Assembly (NCBI GenBank): GCA_038874355.1
Contig: JAVZCO010000001.1
Location: forward strand, 159,295 to 223,294
DNA length: 64,000 bases
Direction of reading: 5' to 3'
Origin: Candidatus Pacearchaeota archaeon
Lineage (GTDB): Archaea > Nanobdellota > Nanobdellia > Pacearchaeales > GW2011-AR1
The notes beneath the pieces are model-generated. The model made no database searches. It was not told the origin of the DNA and saw only the letters and a list, made by a program, of their open reading frames with translations. The stretch's first letter is position 1. Each line of letters starts with the position of its first letter. Shown piece by piece: positions 37,630-47,843 of this stretch. The position numbers and the translations under genes are program-made.

Positions 37630-37723
37630 GTTTTTATTAAGCTTATTTTATCTTTGTCTATAAAATTCCGTATTTTTATTTTAGCTTAAGAACATAATAC
37701 AGGATTATAACGCAATTATAAAC

Positions 37724-38683
37724 TTATTTCCAATTCTTTCTTATAGGAGAAATAATCTCTTCTAAATAATCAGTTACAGTATTTTTTAAATCAAGAGGAT
37801 GTAAATTTCCTTTTATATATTCTTTTTCTAATTCTTCATAATTATTAAATTCTATATCGCTGCCAAATTTTTTATCTCTTTTTATTATAAATTTTTTTAC
37901 TCTTGGAAAAATTATTAATTTAGAAATTTCTAAAATAGGATTATTTTCTGATTTTTTTTCAGGACAATAAGCATTTTTTATTGTTCTTTTTATTTCTTCA
38001 TATGAATCTGTAACTGAAATTCCTGATCCTGGTATGCTTTTTGACATTTTTTCTCCAGGTCCTTTCAAACTAGTTATTAAAGGTGTGTGTATAGCAACAA
38101 AATTATAATTAATTATTTCTTTCATATCTTTACCTATCATATGAACTTTTCTTTGTTCTATTCCACCTTCTGCAACGTCTGCATTAAGATATTTTATATC
38201 TACAACTTGCATTAAAGGATATAAAAGTTGAGAAATAGCAGCATTTTCTATATCCCTTGCTATTTCTTGCATGCTTCTTAACCCTCTATTTATTGTAGAA
38301 GCTCTCGCTAATTTTATAACATCCAAAATATATTCTTTTTTAAATTGAAAAGAACTTCCTAAAATAATCTCTGCATCTATATTCAAAGCTTTAATAGTTT
38401 TTTTCCAGTTTTCAACTTCTTTTTTTATTTCTTCTTCGCTTCCTTTTTTATTTAGATAAGCATGAACATCTGCAAGCAATATTTTAATTTTAAATCCTAC
38501 TTTACTTAAATCCTGCAATTTAGTTATTGTTACTAAATGACCTAAATGTAATGGGCCAGAAGGTTCATAACCACAATATGCTATAGGATTTTTTTTCTTC
38601 TGGAGTAAATCTATCAACTCTTCTTCTGTTACAATTTCTACAGTATTCTTTTTGATTAATTCTAATTTTTCTCTTAATTCCAT
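37724..38683 (-). CDS. tyrS: tyrosyl-tRNA synthetase
   Basis: GYEPSGPLHLGHL (HIGH region) and KMSKS. 319 aa, archaeal type. Confidence 0.9.
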   Translation of the reverse strand: MELREKLELIKKNTVEIVTEEELIDLLQKKKNPIAYCGYEPSGPLHLGHLVTITKLQDLSKVGFKIKILLADVHAYLNKKGSEEEIKKEVENWKKTIKALNIDAEIILGSSFQFKKEYILDVIKLARASTINRGLRSMQEIARDIENAAISQLLYPLMQVVDIKYLNADVAEGGIEQRKVHMIGKDMKEIINYNFVAIHTPLITSLKGPGEKMSKSIPGSGISVTDSYEEIKRTIKNAYCPEKKSENNPILEISKLIIFPRVKKFIIKRDKKFGSDIEFNNYEELEKEYIKGNLHPLDLKNTVTDYLEEIISPIRKNWK

Positions 38684-38751
38684 TTTTAAAATAAATAATA
38701 AAGCTTAATAAATTTATCTTATATTTTATTTAAAATTAATTCACAATTAAG

Positions 38752-39102
38752 ATGATAAAAATGAAAAAAGAAAGAAAAGCAAAAATATTTTTATTATTAT
38801 GTATATTTGGATTATTAATTCTTTTTTATATACAGGAAAAAACTTTTCCGAAAGTAATAAATATCTGTGAAATAGAAAAATTGAAAGAAAATGAATACGT
38901 TTCTGTTTATGGTAAAGTAATAGAAGAAAGAGAACTTGCTAAAAATTTTTATTTGCTTATTTTAGAAAATTCTTCTTGTAAATTAGAAATAATTTGTAAT
39001 TGTAAAAATTTTACTAATAAAAATATTGAAGTTATTGGAAAAATTTCTTATTATAAAAATAAGACGCAGATAAATGCGGAAAAAATTATTGAAATAAAAT
39101 GA
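38752..39102 (+). CDS. membrane-anchored OB-fold protein, hypothetical
   Basis: N-terminal TM. VSVYGKVIEE...IEVIGKISYYKNKTQINAEKI resembles a tRNA_anti-type OB fold. Confidence 0.45.
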   Translation: MIKMKKERKAKIFLLLCIFGLLILFYIQEKTFPKVINICEIEKLKENEYVSVYGKVIEERELAKNFYLLILENSSCKLEIICNCKNFTNKNIEVIGKISYYKNKTQINAEKIIEIK

Positions 39103-40313
39103 TAGAAACAATATTAATTTTACAAATCTTTCTTGCTTTGCTTGTTGGTTGTGTAATAGGAACAATAACAGGCCTAACTCCAGGATTACATATAAACATG
39201 ATTTCTGTTTTAATAGTCAGTTTTTCTCCTTTATTGTTGCAGTATCTTCCTATAATAGCAATTATTTCTTTTATTGTTTCTATGTCTATAACACATACTT
39301 TTATTGATTTTATTCCTTCTATCTTTTTAGGTGCTCCAGATGAAGATACTTCATTATCTATTTTACCAGGGCATTCTTTACTTTTAAAAGGTAAAGGATA
39401 TGAAGCAGTAATGTGTACATTATATGGAAGTTTAATAGGTATTTTTACTATTCTCTTCTTTTCCCCAATTTTTATTTCTATTTTGCCAAAAATCTATACT
39501 TATCTAAAAAAAATTTTATTTTTTATTTTATTATTTTCTTCTTTATATCTAATCTTTAGAGAAAAAAATAAAATTAATTCATTAATTATTTTTTTAATGT
39601 CGGGTTTTATAGGATTAGTTGTTTTTAATTTAAACTCAAAAGAACCATTATTACCAATGCTTAGCGGATTTTTTGGTTCTTCTTCTCTTATAATAAGTAT
39701 TATAAAAAAACAAAAAATACCAAAACAAAAAGTTTCTAAAGTAAAAATTACAAAAGAAGAAATAAAAAATTCTGTTTTAGCTACTTCTTTAGCTTCTCCT
39801 TTATGTTCTTTTTTACCTGCTTTAGGTTCAGGACAAGCAGCTGTTATTTCTTCTGATTTAATAGAAGAAAAAGATAAAAAACAATTTTTAATAACTCTTG
39901 GAAGCATAAATACTATTATAATGGGTTTAAGTTTTATCTCTTTATATTCTTTAAATGTTAAAAGAAATGGCAGTGTTGTTGCTATTTCTAAAATATTAGA
40001 AAACTTTTCATTAAATTACTTATATATTATTATTTTAGTTATTATTTTTTCTGGAATAATAAGTTTTTTTATTGGTTGTAAATTAGCAAAATTTTTTTCT
40101 TTAAAAATTCATGAAATAAACTATAGAAAAATTTCTTTTTTTGTTTTATTTTTTATGTCTATTTTAGTTTTTTATTTTTCTTCTTTTATAGGTTTCTCAA
40201 TTTTTTTAACTTCTACTTTTCTTGGCTTATATACAATATTTAGTGGAGAAAGAAGAACTTTAATGATGGGTTGTTTAATGTTACCTTCTTTAGTTTTATA
40301 TTTTCCAATATAA
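39099..40313 (+). CDS. polytopic membrane protein, TctA/DUF112-like
   Basis: About 10 TM helices. GLTPGLHINM near the N-terminus. 4-nt overlap with the upstream gene. Confidence 0.55.
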   Translation: MIETILILQIFLALLVGCVIGTITGLTPGLHINMISVLIVSFSPLLLQYLPIIAIISFIVSMSITHTFIDFIPSIFLGAPDEDTSLSILPGHSLLLKGKGYEAVMCTLYGSLIGIFTILFFSPIFISILPKIYTYLKKILFFILLFSSLYLIFREKNKINSLIIFLMSGFIGLVVFNLNSKEPLLPMLSGFFGSSSLIISIIKKQKIPKQKVSKVKITKEEIKNSVLATSLASPLCSFLPALGSGQAAVISSDLIEEKDKKQFLITLGSINTIIMGLSFISLYSLNVKRNGSVVAISKILENFSLNYLYIIILVIIFSGIISFFIGCKLAKFFSLKIHEINYRKISFFVLFFMSILVFYFSSFIGFSIFLTSTFLGLYTIFSGERRTLMMGCLMLPSLVLYFPI

Positions 40314-40343
40314 AATATTAATGAAAGTTATAAATATATATTA

Positions 40344-40607
40344 TTAAATAAATTCTATTAAAAAATTCTTATTTTCTTTTAAGAGTTTTTCTATTCCATT
40401 TATAATTTCTTTTTTTTCTATATTATTGAACCCCTTCACAACTAAATCTACTCTTTTATCTCTATATTTCTCTTTTAAAAAAGATATCAGAGAATCTATA
40501 TTGTACCATCCAACAACAAAATTATTTTCTCTTAAAAGAATTTTATCTCCTAAAACATTTTTTCTTTCTGCTAATAAATTATATTTTTTTATATCTTCTA
40601 TTACCAT
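40344..40607 (-). CDS. hypothetical protein
   Basis: 87-aa ORF with normal composition. The antisense alternative is low-complexity. Confidence 0.35.
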   Translation of the reverse strand: MVIEDIKKYNLLAERKNVLGDKILLRENNFVVGWYNIDSLISFLKEKYRDKRVDLVVKGFNNIEKKEIINGIEKLLKENKNFLIEFI

Positions 40608-40664
40608 AATAAATAAAGGTTATTCTATTTTTTAAATATTATTACAAAAAAACATATATTTCAA

Positions 40665-43600
40665 TCAAAACCATCTTGTTATTGCTTGCTGTTTTTCTTT
40701 TTCTTTTCCAAAAATACTTTCTATATAACTTTTTGTTAAGTCTAGATTTTGTTTTATATAAGAAGGAACATCATACTTTTCTGCTAATTGCAAAGCCGGC
40801 TCTAAATATTTTATAATAAAACCCTCTGCTATTGTAAAAATTATATTCCCTTTACATCTCAAACATCTTCCAACTAAAGGGGGTCTTCTATATTTTGTAT
40901 TACATTTACTACACCTAAATTCTTGTTGAGAAAATTTTCTTAAATTTCCTTTTATATCTCTTATAAAGTGCCTATCTATTATTAATCTTGCTACATCACT
41001 TGTATTAACTGCTCTTATCTTTTCTGCTATTTCCATTTGTTTCATAACTTTATCTTGCATAGTTATTAATTTTTTATAACTGCTACATATTACTCCTTTA
41101 TTTATATCAGAAACTTCATATTCGTACCATAAATTATTGAATTCGTCTCTCCCTAATCTATCTTTAACTCTCGGTAAATTTATCTCATATGGTTGTTTAA
41201 ATTTTCTAGCTGCTTCATATAGCTCCAAAGGTAACTCCCTACTAATATCAAAATCAAATATCATATCATCTATTTCTCCTGCTTTTATTTTTATATTTAA
41301 TACCAAAGGTGCATCTTGTGTTGCTCCTCTATGTGCTGGTAAGAAATCTTTAGAAAAATTAATTAACATATCTAACAATAACATTATTGATGCTTCATCT
41401 CCATCACAGTCTCTTCTCATAGCGGCATGTAAATATGGATGAGCTATTAAAGCTTGTACTTTAGAAAAACCTATTATTCTACCAACTACACCTGCACAAT
41501 TATGTGGTGCTATACAAGCAACTAAATGTCCTATTAAATCTTCTCTTTTTCTTATATTGTAAAATGGTTTCATCTTATAGAATTTAATTAATAAAGTGTC
41601 TATAAAATTAGCAACTCTCATTAATATTTCGTCTGCTGGTTCGTCTTCACTTTCATAACAACAAGGTATAATTATGTCATGAGGCTTTAACTCAACTATT
41701 TGTTCATCATCAACTAAAGGATTATTATAAATATCTTTTGTATAACCTAATTCCTTTAATTTTTCTATAGAGATAGAAATTTCCTTAGGTTTAAAATGAG
41801 TCAAAGGCATTTCTGTAGCATCTATTCTTATAGTTCCATCTTTATTTACTTGTAAATTAAATAAAGCTCTTAAAATTCCTTTTTCTAACGGCTCTGGTAT
41901 ATGATCTTTATTACTAGTTCCTTTTACACCTTTAATTAAATTTGGAATTTCTTCCTGTAATAAGTCTAAATTTTTTACAGCATTTTCAAAATAATCTTTT
42001 ATTGGTATTTTTCTTTCATAAAAATTTAATGTTTGAATATTTGGATGCATAGGACATCTTTCAGAATGAACTTTCTGACCACATTCTTTGCAAATATAAA
42101 TTTTTTTGCATTCTTCTTTACATATTTCACATTTTCTGTATATTGTTTCTCTATTACATTTTTCACAAAAATAAATAGGAAAATCTGCTTTAACATAACC
42201 TACATTCATTGCTTCATTAATACTTCTTAATCTTCCTCCTTCTTCCCCTACCGGAAAAAGAACATTTATAGATCCTTCTAATTTTCTTATTTTTGCTTTT
42301 TCTGGTCTTCCCATTCTTGCCCCAATAAATGTACCTGCTTTATCTTTAATTTCACAAGAACATAATTTGTTTACTATTTCTAAAACATTTTCACTTTTTA
42401 TATATTGTATTTTTTCTTTAATATTCTTTATTTCATTTTCAAAATTTTCTAAATTTTCTATTCCTAAATTAAATAAAAAAGAAAATGTTTCTTTTTGTGA
42501 TAAAACAACATTTTCTATAGAGACATCATGTAAAACTCCTAATAATTCTAAAGCTCTTTTACCATCTTTAAATTTTGTTTTTTCTTCTTTATTATAAGGC
42601 ATTATTAATTTACTATTTGAAATTTTAGAAAAAGAGAGCCATTCTAATAAAGATAAAAATAAATGATAATCTATTTGCGACCAATAATAAATATAAGATG
42701 GATGTAAAGCTATATCCATTTCTTTAGAAAGAAAAATAGCTTCTTTCAAAGAAACATCATAAATATTTTCTATATCTAAAGATTTTTCTTTTTGTTTTGC
42801 TTTTAATTTTAATTCTTGCCACCACTCTTGCTCACAATATCCAGGTGGCATTAATTTATGATTTCTATTAAGAAAATCTCCATAAGGTATTAATAAATCT
42901 CCTAAATAAATTATTTCCTCTACATCCTTATAAAGAATTTTGGCTTCTTCTAAATCATATACTTTTTTTACACTTCCGTTCTTTAATTTTACTATTGGTG
43001 GTTCTATTGTATCGCAACTTGCAACAACCCCTCCTTTTGTTGGCAATTCTATTTTAATTTGAGTTCCAATAGCAATAAATTCTCCCAACATTATCATTGT
43101 TGCTGGATGAATTGCTAAACAACTATAACCACTATTTCTTGCTCTACCATATCTCAATCTAAATGCTCCTGAACGAGAAGGATGGCCTAAAACCGGTCTT
43201 CCAGCAACTAGATCTGTAATATATGTTGGCGAATTAGAAGAAATTCCTTTTTCTCTTTTTTCATGAATTTTTATATATTCTTCTAGAAAATCCCAGTCTT
43301 TTAATTTAAAACCTTTTTCTTTTAACTTTTTTATTATTCTATATATCTTTGGAGCTTTTTGTGCAAGTCCTTCTGCAAAAACTAAACAAAAACCACTTCT
43401 TATTAGATTAGTTTCGATTCTTTCTAAGTCTTTAAAATTAGAAACTTCTTTATCCTCCGAAGGGTCTCCATTTATTTGTATAGGTAAATGTTTAGCTAAA
43501 AATTCTATTTCTTCTTCTGTTGGTAAATATTGTAAATTAGTAATTTTTTCATGATAATCATAAATTTCTGTTATTGTTCTTTTTATTTCTTTTTCATTAG

Positions 43601-44135
43601 CATCATATTTCTCATAACCAAAAATTCCTCTTAGATAGTCTGCAATAACTAAAGAAAAAGCAGCTCCAGTGCCTCCAGCACTTCTTACAGGACCTGCATA
43701 ATATAAGATAAAATATTCTTTTCCATCTTTTCTTTTTCCTAATCTCAATTCTGTAAATCCTTCTATAGGAGAAGAAACTACACCTAAAGTGAAATATGCA
43801 AAAGCAATTCTTATTCCAGCATCAATTGCTTCTAAAAAAGATTTAAATTTACAAAATTTTTCTTTTGCAACCTCTTCTGCTATTTTTAAACAAACAGCCG
43901 GATCTAATATTCCATATTCTTTTTCTAATTCTTTAATTCTCTTAATAATAGTTTGATTATTTAATTGAGGATAAATAGTAGAAATTAAACCAGCAACTTT
44001 TCCTGCAAGACTTGTTGCTATTGGAATTTCAACTATTTCTTTAGGATCTAATCCTTTTTTTCTTGCTTCTTCTGCAACACTATAAATTACTTTTACTTTA
44101 TCTTCTATTTCCTTAAAATATTCCTCTATTCTCAT
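40665..44135 (-). CDS. polC: DNA polymerase II (PolD) large subunit DP2
   Basis: 1156 aa. Typical N-terminus MRIEEYF, zinc clusters CEKCNRETIYRKCEICKEEC...CKECG and CSKCNTKYRRPPLVGRCLRCKG. Adjacent to DP1. No intein-sized insertion evident. Confidence 0.95.
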   Translation of the reverse strand: MRIEEYFKEIEDKVKVIYSVAEEARKKGLDPKEIVEIPIATSLAGKVAGLISTIYPQLNNQTIIKRIKELEKEYGILDPAVCLKIAEEVAKEKFCKFKSFLEAIDAGIRIAFAYFTLGVVSSPIEGFTELRLGKRKDGKEYFILYYAGPVRSAGGTGAAFSLVIADYLRGIFGYEKYDANEKEIKRTITEIYDYHEKITNLQYLPTEEEIEFLAKHLPIQINGDPSEDKEVSNFKDLERIETNLIRSGFCLVFAEGLAQKAPKIYRIIKKLKEKGFKLKDWDFLEEYIKIHEKREKGISSNSPTYITDLVAGRPVLGHPSRSGAFRLRYGRARNSGYSCLAIHPATMIMLGEFIAIGTQIKIELPTKGGVVASCDTIEPPIVKLKNGSVKKVYDLEEAKILYKDVEEIIYLGDLLIPYGDFLNRNHKLMPPGYCEQEWWQELKLKAKQKEKSLDIENIYDVSLKEAIFLSKEMDIALHPSYIYYWSQIDYHLFLSLLEWLSFSKISNSKLIMPYNKEEKTKFKDGKRALELLGVLHDVSIENVVLSQKETFSFLFNLGIENLENFENEIKNIKEKIQYIKSENVLEIVNKLCSCEIKDKAGTFIGARMGRPEKAKIRKLEGSINVLFPVGEEGGRLRSINEAMNVGYVKADFPIYFCEKCNRETIYRKCEICKEECKKIYICKECGQKVHSERCPMHPNIQTLNFYERKIPIKDYFENAVKNLDLLQEEIPNLIKGVKGTSNKDHIPEPLEKGILRALFNLQVNKDGTIRIDATEMPLTHFKPKEISISIEKLKELGYTKDIYNNPLVDDEQIVELKPHDIIIPCCYESEDEPADEILMRVANFIDTLLIKFYKMKPFYNIRKREDLIGHLVACIAPHNCAGVVGRIIGFSKVQALIAHPYLHAAMRRDCDGDEASIMLLLDMLINFSKDFLPAHRGATQDAPLVLNIKIKAGEIDDMIFDFDISRELPLELYEAARKFKQPYEINLPRVKDRLGRDEFNNLWYEYEVSDINKGVICSSYKKLITMQDKVMKQMEIAEKIRAVNTSDVARLIIDRHFIRDIKGNLRKFSQQEFRCSKCNTKYRRPPLVGRCLRCKGNIIFTIAEGFIIKYLEPALQLAEKYDVPSYIKQNLDLTKSYIESIFGKEKEKQQAITRWF

Positions 44136-44201
44136 TTTTTATTATAATTTTAATAATATTAATTATTTTAATTTTTATTTGAATTCTTTTTGTAAATTTT
44201 A

Positions 44202-45785
44202 TTATTCTGAAAAATCTAATATCTTTAATTTTCTTGTCTTTAAATTTAGTAAAGGAACTTTACATGGATCTGGATGATTCCCAACCTTTTCTTCGAAAGG
44301 GGTTATTGATTGCCAACAGCTACAACAAATAATTTGTATATTATTATAATAATCATGATCTGCCTTATGAAAATCTCCAGTAACAATTACGTCTGGAATT
44401 TCTCTTATTATTAGAGGATCGTATTTTTCATTAGGTATATAAATAACAGAAGAATGTGAAGGAGCTAAATGTCTTCTTTTTAATAATTCTTTAACAACTC
44501 TTGCTGGATTATCATGAGCTTTAGATAATCTTAAATCTTCTATTTCATTAACAAAATAACTCATACTAGCTCCATGATAAGATAAAATTTTTATTCCCTG
44601 TTTAGAATTATTTTTTATTTCTATCATACAAGGATTACTTACTAAAATAACATTATCTAATTCATATAAACAATTTGCGTAATCTTTTCCTATAGGTGGT
44701 TGAGGTTCTGCAACTCTAACAGCATCATGTTGGCCTGGTAAAATAATTATAGTTATATCTTTTCTTATTTTTTTTAAATATCCCGCTAATTTATTGTATT
44801 GTTCTTTTATATCTTTTATTGATAATAAATCTTCTTGACCAGGATATACTCCTACACCATCAACAACATCCCCAACAATAAAAAGATATTTTACTTTATT
44901 TGCTTCTTCTTTCTGCTTTTCATCCCCTACTTTACCATTAATCCAATTTATAAATTTTAAAAAATTATTTTCTAAGAATAAAGAGCTACCAACATGAATA
45001 TCTGAAATAAAAGCTATAGATTCGTCTCTTTCCAAATAATTTTTTTCTATTAACATTATATCTGGATAATAAATTTCATTGGCAAATAAAATTTCATTAT
45101 TCCCAAAACCTTTTATAGCTATTATATCGTCTAAGAGTGCGTTTTTTGCTTTTTCATAAATTTCTTTTTTTTCATGATTAATTAAAACATTTATTTGTCC
45201 TGTTAGATCTTCTACAACTAAAATAATATTTTTATTTTTAGTTATTCTTTTTTCTAAAATAATTCCTATGATACTAATTGTTTGTCTTTTTCCATTAATT
45301 CTATTTATAGAAATTAAATTTTCAAGTTCTTTTCTTTCTTGTAAGTATTTTTTTATTTCAAGATATCTATTTCTGAAATGAACAACAAAATCTGTTGGCT
45401 TTATTTTTTTTGTTATGTTAATCAAAGAATATAATATTTTAACATTTTTATTTATAAATGATTCTTTTTTATTTTCTAAAGAAATTTTTTCTTTATTTTC
45501 TAATTCTTTATATTTCTCTTTGATTTCTAATTCTAAACCTAAAGTTAATTTTATCTTTTTTATTATTTCTTGATCGGATATTTTATTTTTTATAAGTTCT
45601 ACATTTTTTTCTAAAATTGTTTTAGTTATTAATTTTTCATTTAAACAAGAAATTAACTCGATAATTTTTTTTGCATCTTCTAAGTTTAAATTACATAATA
45701 TATTAAAAATTTCTGGTTCTAATAAAATTTTTTTCTCGAAACATAATTTTAGCAATTCTTTTTTTAATTCTGTATTTTGTTCCAT
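44202..45785 (-). CDS. polB: DNA polymerase II (PolD) small subunit DP1
   Basis: OB region, then calcineurin-like phosphoesterase motifs DIHVGS, GDVVDGVG, GQHD, YHGAS, GDFH. Confidence 0.9.
   Translation of the reverse strand: MEQNTELKKELLKLCFEKKILLEPEIFNILCNLNLEDAKKIIELISCLNEKLITKTILEKNVELIKNKISDQEIIKKIKLTLGLELEIKEKYKELENKEKISLENKKESFINKNVKILYSLINITKKIKPTDFVVHFRNRYLEIKKYLQERKELENLISINRINGKRQTISIIGIILEKRITKNKNIILVVEDLTGQINVLINHEKKEIYEKAKNALLDDIIAIKGFGNNEILFANEIYYPDIMLIEKNYLERDESIAFISDIHVGSSLFLENNFLKFINWINGKVGDEKQKEEANKVKYLFIVGDVVDGVGVYPGQEDLLSIKDIKEQYNKLAGYLKKIRKDITIIILPGQHDAVRVAEPQPPIGKDYANCLYELDNVILVSNPCMIEIKNNSKQGIKILSYHGASMSYFVNEIEDLRLSKAHDNPARVVKELLKRRHLAPSHSSVIYIPNEKYDPLIIREIPDVIVTGDFHKADHDYYNNIQIICCSCWQSITPFEEKVGNHPDPCKVPLLNLKTRKLKILDFSE
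45463..45505. repeat. 43-nt stretch identical to 59897-59939 (rpl13 3' region)
   Basis: TTCTTTTTTATTTTCTAAAGAAATTTTTTCTTTATTTTCTAAT in both places. Encodes ENKEKISLENKKE in both proteins. Confidence 0.8.
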
Positions 45786-45786
45786 T

Positions 45787-46992
45787 TTATAAATTTAAAG
45801 AATTATATATTATTTCTTTAATTTTTGGTATTATTTTTTCTGGAATAGATAATTTTATTTCACGGGTTCTTCCATGTCTGCCTTTACTTATAACTCTGGC
45901 ATTAATCAAACCTAACATATCAAATTCTGCTATTATATCAGATATTCTTCTTTGAGTTAAGATTTCGAATTTTGTTTTTTTACACAAATCATAATAAACA
46001 TTATACACATCTCCTGTAAAAATATTTTCTAATTGTTTTTTTTCTACTAAATTTATTATACTTAATAAAACAAGTTGAAATTGTTTAGGAGCAGCTTCTA
46101 TAATATCTATTATTTTATCTCTTTCTAATTTTTCTCTTGCCTCATCAACATGATCTAAAGTTACTTTTTTGCTTCCTTGTCTTTCTGCAATTTCTCCAGC
46201 AATCCTTAGTAAATCTAAAGCTCTTCTTGCATCCCCATGCTCTCTAGCAGCATAAGCAGCACATTTTGATAAAACACCTTCTCCTAAAACATTTTCATTA
46301 AAAGCATGTTCTGCTCTTTTTCTTAAAATTTCATAAAGTTGTTGTGCATTATATGGAGGAAAAACTATTTCTTCTTCAGATAAAGAACTTTTTACTCTTG
46401 GATCTATGTTATCTAAAAATTGTAAATCATTACTTATACCTATCAAACATAATTGGCTTTTTGTTAATTCAGAATTTAGTCTTGTCAAACTGTATAAAAA
46501 ATCGCTATTTATTTTTTTTACTGCTTGATCTATCTCATCTAAAATTAAAATTAATAACTGTTTTTCTTTTTCTAATATCTCAATAAATTTTGAGTATATC
46601 TGTTGTGTCGGCAAGCCAGTAATTGGAACTTCATATCCTAATTTTTTTATTATTTCTGCTAAAATCCTGTATTCTGTATCTGAAATTTTTTTTAATTTAC
46701 AATTCAGATATTCTATTTTTAAAGGAATATCTAATTTTTTTGCTCTTTCCATCATTTCTTTACTTATATATTGTATACATAATGTTTTACCAGTACCTGT
46801 TTGTCCATAAACAAATAAATTACTTGGTCTTTCTAATCTTAAAGCAGGTGCTAAGATAGAAGCAACTTGCTCTAGCTGTTTTTCTCTGTAAGGTATTTCT
46901 TCGGGATTATAATTGCTTTGTAGAATAAATTTATTTTTAAAAATAAAACTTTTAGAAACTGAATCAAAAATTTTATCTAAATTTATTGACAT
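45787..46992 (-). CDS. cdc6: Orc1/Cdc6 replication initiator
   Basis: Walker A GQTGTGKT, Walker B LILDEID, C-terminal winged helix. 1-nt gap to DP1. Confidence 0.9.
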   Translation of the reverse strand: MSINLDKIFDSVSKSFIFKNKFILQSNYNPEEIPYREKQLEQVASILAPALRLERPSNLFVYGQTGTGKTLCIQYISKEMMERAKKLDIPLKIEYLNCKLKKISDTEYRILAEIIKKLGYEVPITGLPTQQIYSKFIEILEKEKQLLILILDEIDQAVKKINSDFLYSLTRLNSELTKSQLCLIGISNDLQFLDNIDPRVKSSLSEEEIVFPPYNAQQLYEILRKRAEHAFNENVLGEGVLSKCAAYAAREHGDARRALDLLRIAGEIAERQGSKKVTLDHVDEAREKLERDKIIDIIEAAPKQFQLVLLSIINLVEKKQLENIFTGDVYNVYYDLCKKTKFEILTQRRISDIIAEFDMLGLINARVISKGRHGRTREIKLSIPEKIIPKIKEIIYNSLNL

Positions 46993-47096
46993 TTTTCTCT
47001 TTTTTATTTAATTTTAATTTTTAACAAAATGTAATATAAAATAAATATTTTTAAAGATTTGTTTCTTGTAAAATATATTTTCATTTCAAAAAATAA

Positions 47097-47124
47097 CACC
47101 AACACCTTTATTTCTCATAGAAAA
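47097..47124 (+). repeat. ORB-like element A
   Basis: CACCAACACCTTTATTTCTCATAGAAAA. 23 of 28 positions match the reverse complement of element B. Confidence 0.6.
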
Positions 47125-47204
47125 TTTCTAATAATAATTTTTCGTCGAATTTTTTTTATATAAAATATTTTTTATTATTTTAAAGTGACTTTTTTATAAA
47201 AAAC

Positions 47205-47218
47205 TTCTTATGGAAAAA
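47205..47218 (+). repeat. mini-ORB-like element
   Basis: TTCTTATGGAAAAA; compare the archaeal mini-ORB core TTCCAnTGGAAA. Confidence 0.4.
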
Positions 47219-47311
47219 ACAATAATTATACTATAAAATATATATTATACTATATTATATATTTTTAAATTAAATTAATATCACTCAATTTTTATATTTA
47301 TTTATAAATCT

Positions 47312-47339
47312 TTCTCCATAAGAAATAGAGGGGTTGGTG
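47312..47339 (-). repeat. ORB-like element B (inverted), with a G-string
   Basis: The plus strand reads TTCTCCATAAGAAATAGAGGGGTTGGTG. Its reverse complement is CACCAACCCCTCTATTTCTTATGGAGAA. Confidence 0.6.
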
Positions 47340-47428
47340 GTTTAAAAATAAAAAATTTATTATTCAAAACTTTAATAAACTTAAATATATTATTATATTT
47401 TTTAATAACTTCATAAAACCAATAAATA

Positions 47429-47442
47429 GAAAGATTTATAAA
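47429..47442 (+). promoter_or_regulatory. BRE/TATA-like box
   Basis: GAAAGATTTATAAA centred about 27 nt upstream of the ATG at 47464. Confidence 0.5.
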
Positions 47443-47463
47443 TAAAACACATTTTTAAATTTC

Positions 47464-47721
47464 ATGGTTGATAAAAGACCTTTTAATGAAATAATAGGAA
47501 AGCTTGTTGTGACAAAAGAAGGAAAAAGATTAGGTATAGCAAAAGATATAACTTTTGAAACAACTACAGGTGAATTAATTCAATTAATAATAAAAGAACC
47601 AACACCATATGCAAGAAGTTTAAATTTAGAACAAACAAAAAATAAAGAAATTTTAATTCCTTATACTTCTATAATAGCCATAGGAGACTTTATAGTTGTC
47701 AGTGAAGAAGATTTTATATAA
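47464..47721 (+). CDS. PRC-barrel domain protein
   Basis: 85 aa. FNEIIGKLVVTKEGKRLGIAKDITFETTTGELIQLII. Confidence 0.65.
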   Translation: MVDKRPFNEIIGKLVVTKEGKRLGIAKDITFETTTGELIQLIIKEPTPYARSLNLEQTKNKEILIPYTSIIAIGDFIVVSEEDFI

Positions 47722-47843
47722 AATAAACAAAAAATTCTAAATATAATTTTATTAATTTTTTTAAATAAATAATTCTTTTTTTATTTTTTAATTTAAAAAA
47801 TCTTTTTGAAAAAATTTAAAAACAATCATTTCTAAGAATTTTA

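Larger units (their letters stand above)
46993..47463. other. putative replication origin (oriC) region
   Basis: Non-coding AT-rich 471 bp directly upstream of cdc6. ORB-like repeats in inverted orientation flank an extremely AT-rich stretch. Confidence 0.6.

Noticed and set aside
40665-44135. An intein or other large insertion in PolD DP2.
   Set aside because: The length of 1156 aa is within the intein-free range I recall for DP2, and no Cys/Ser...HN splice-junction blocks were evident.
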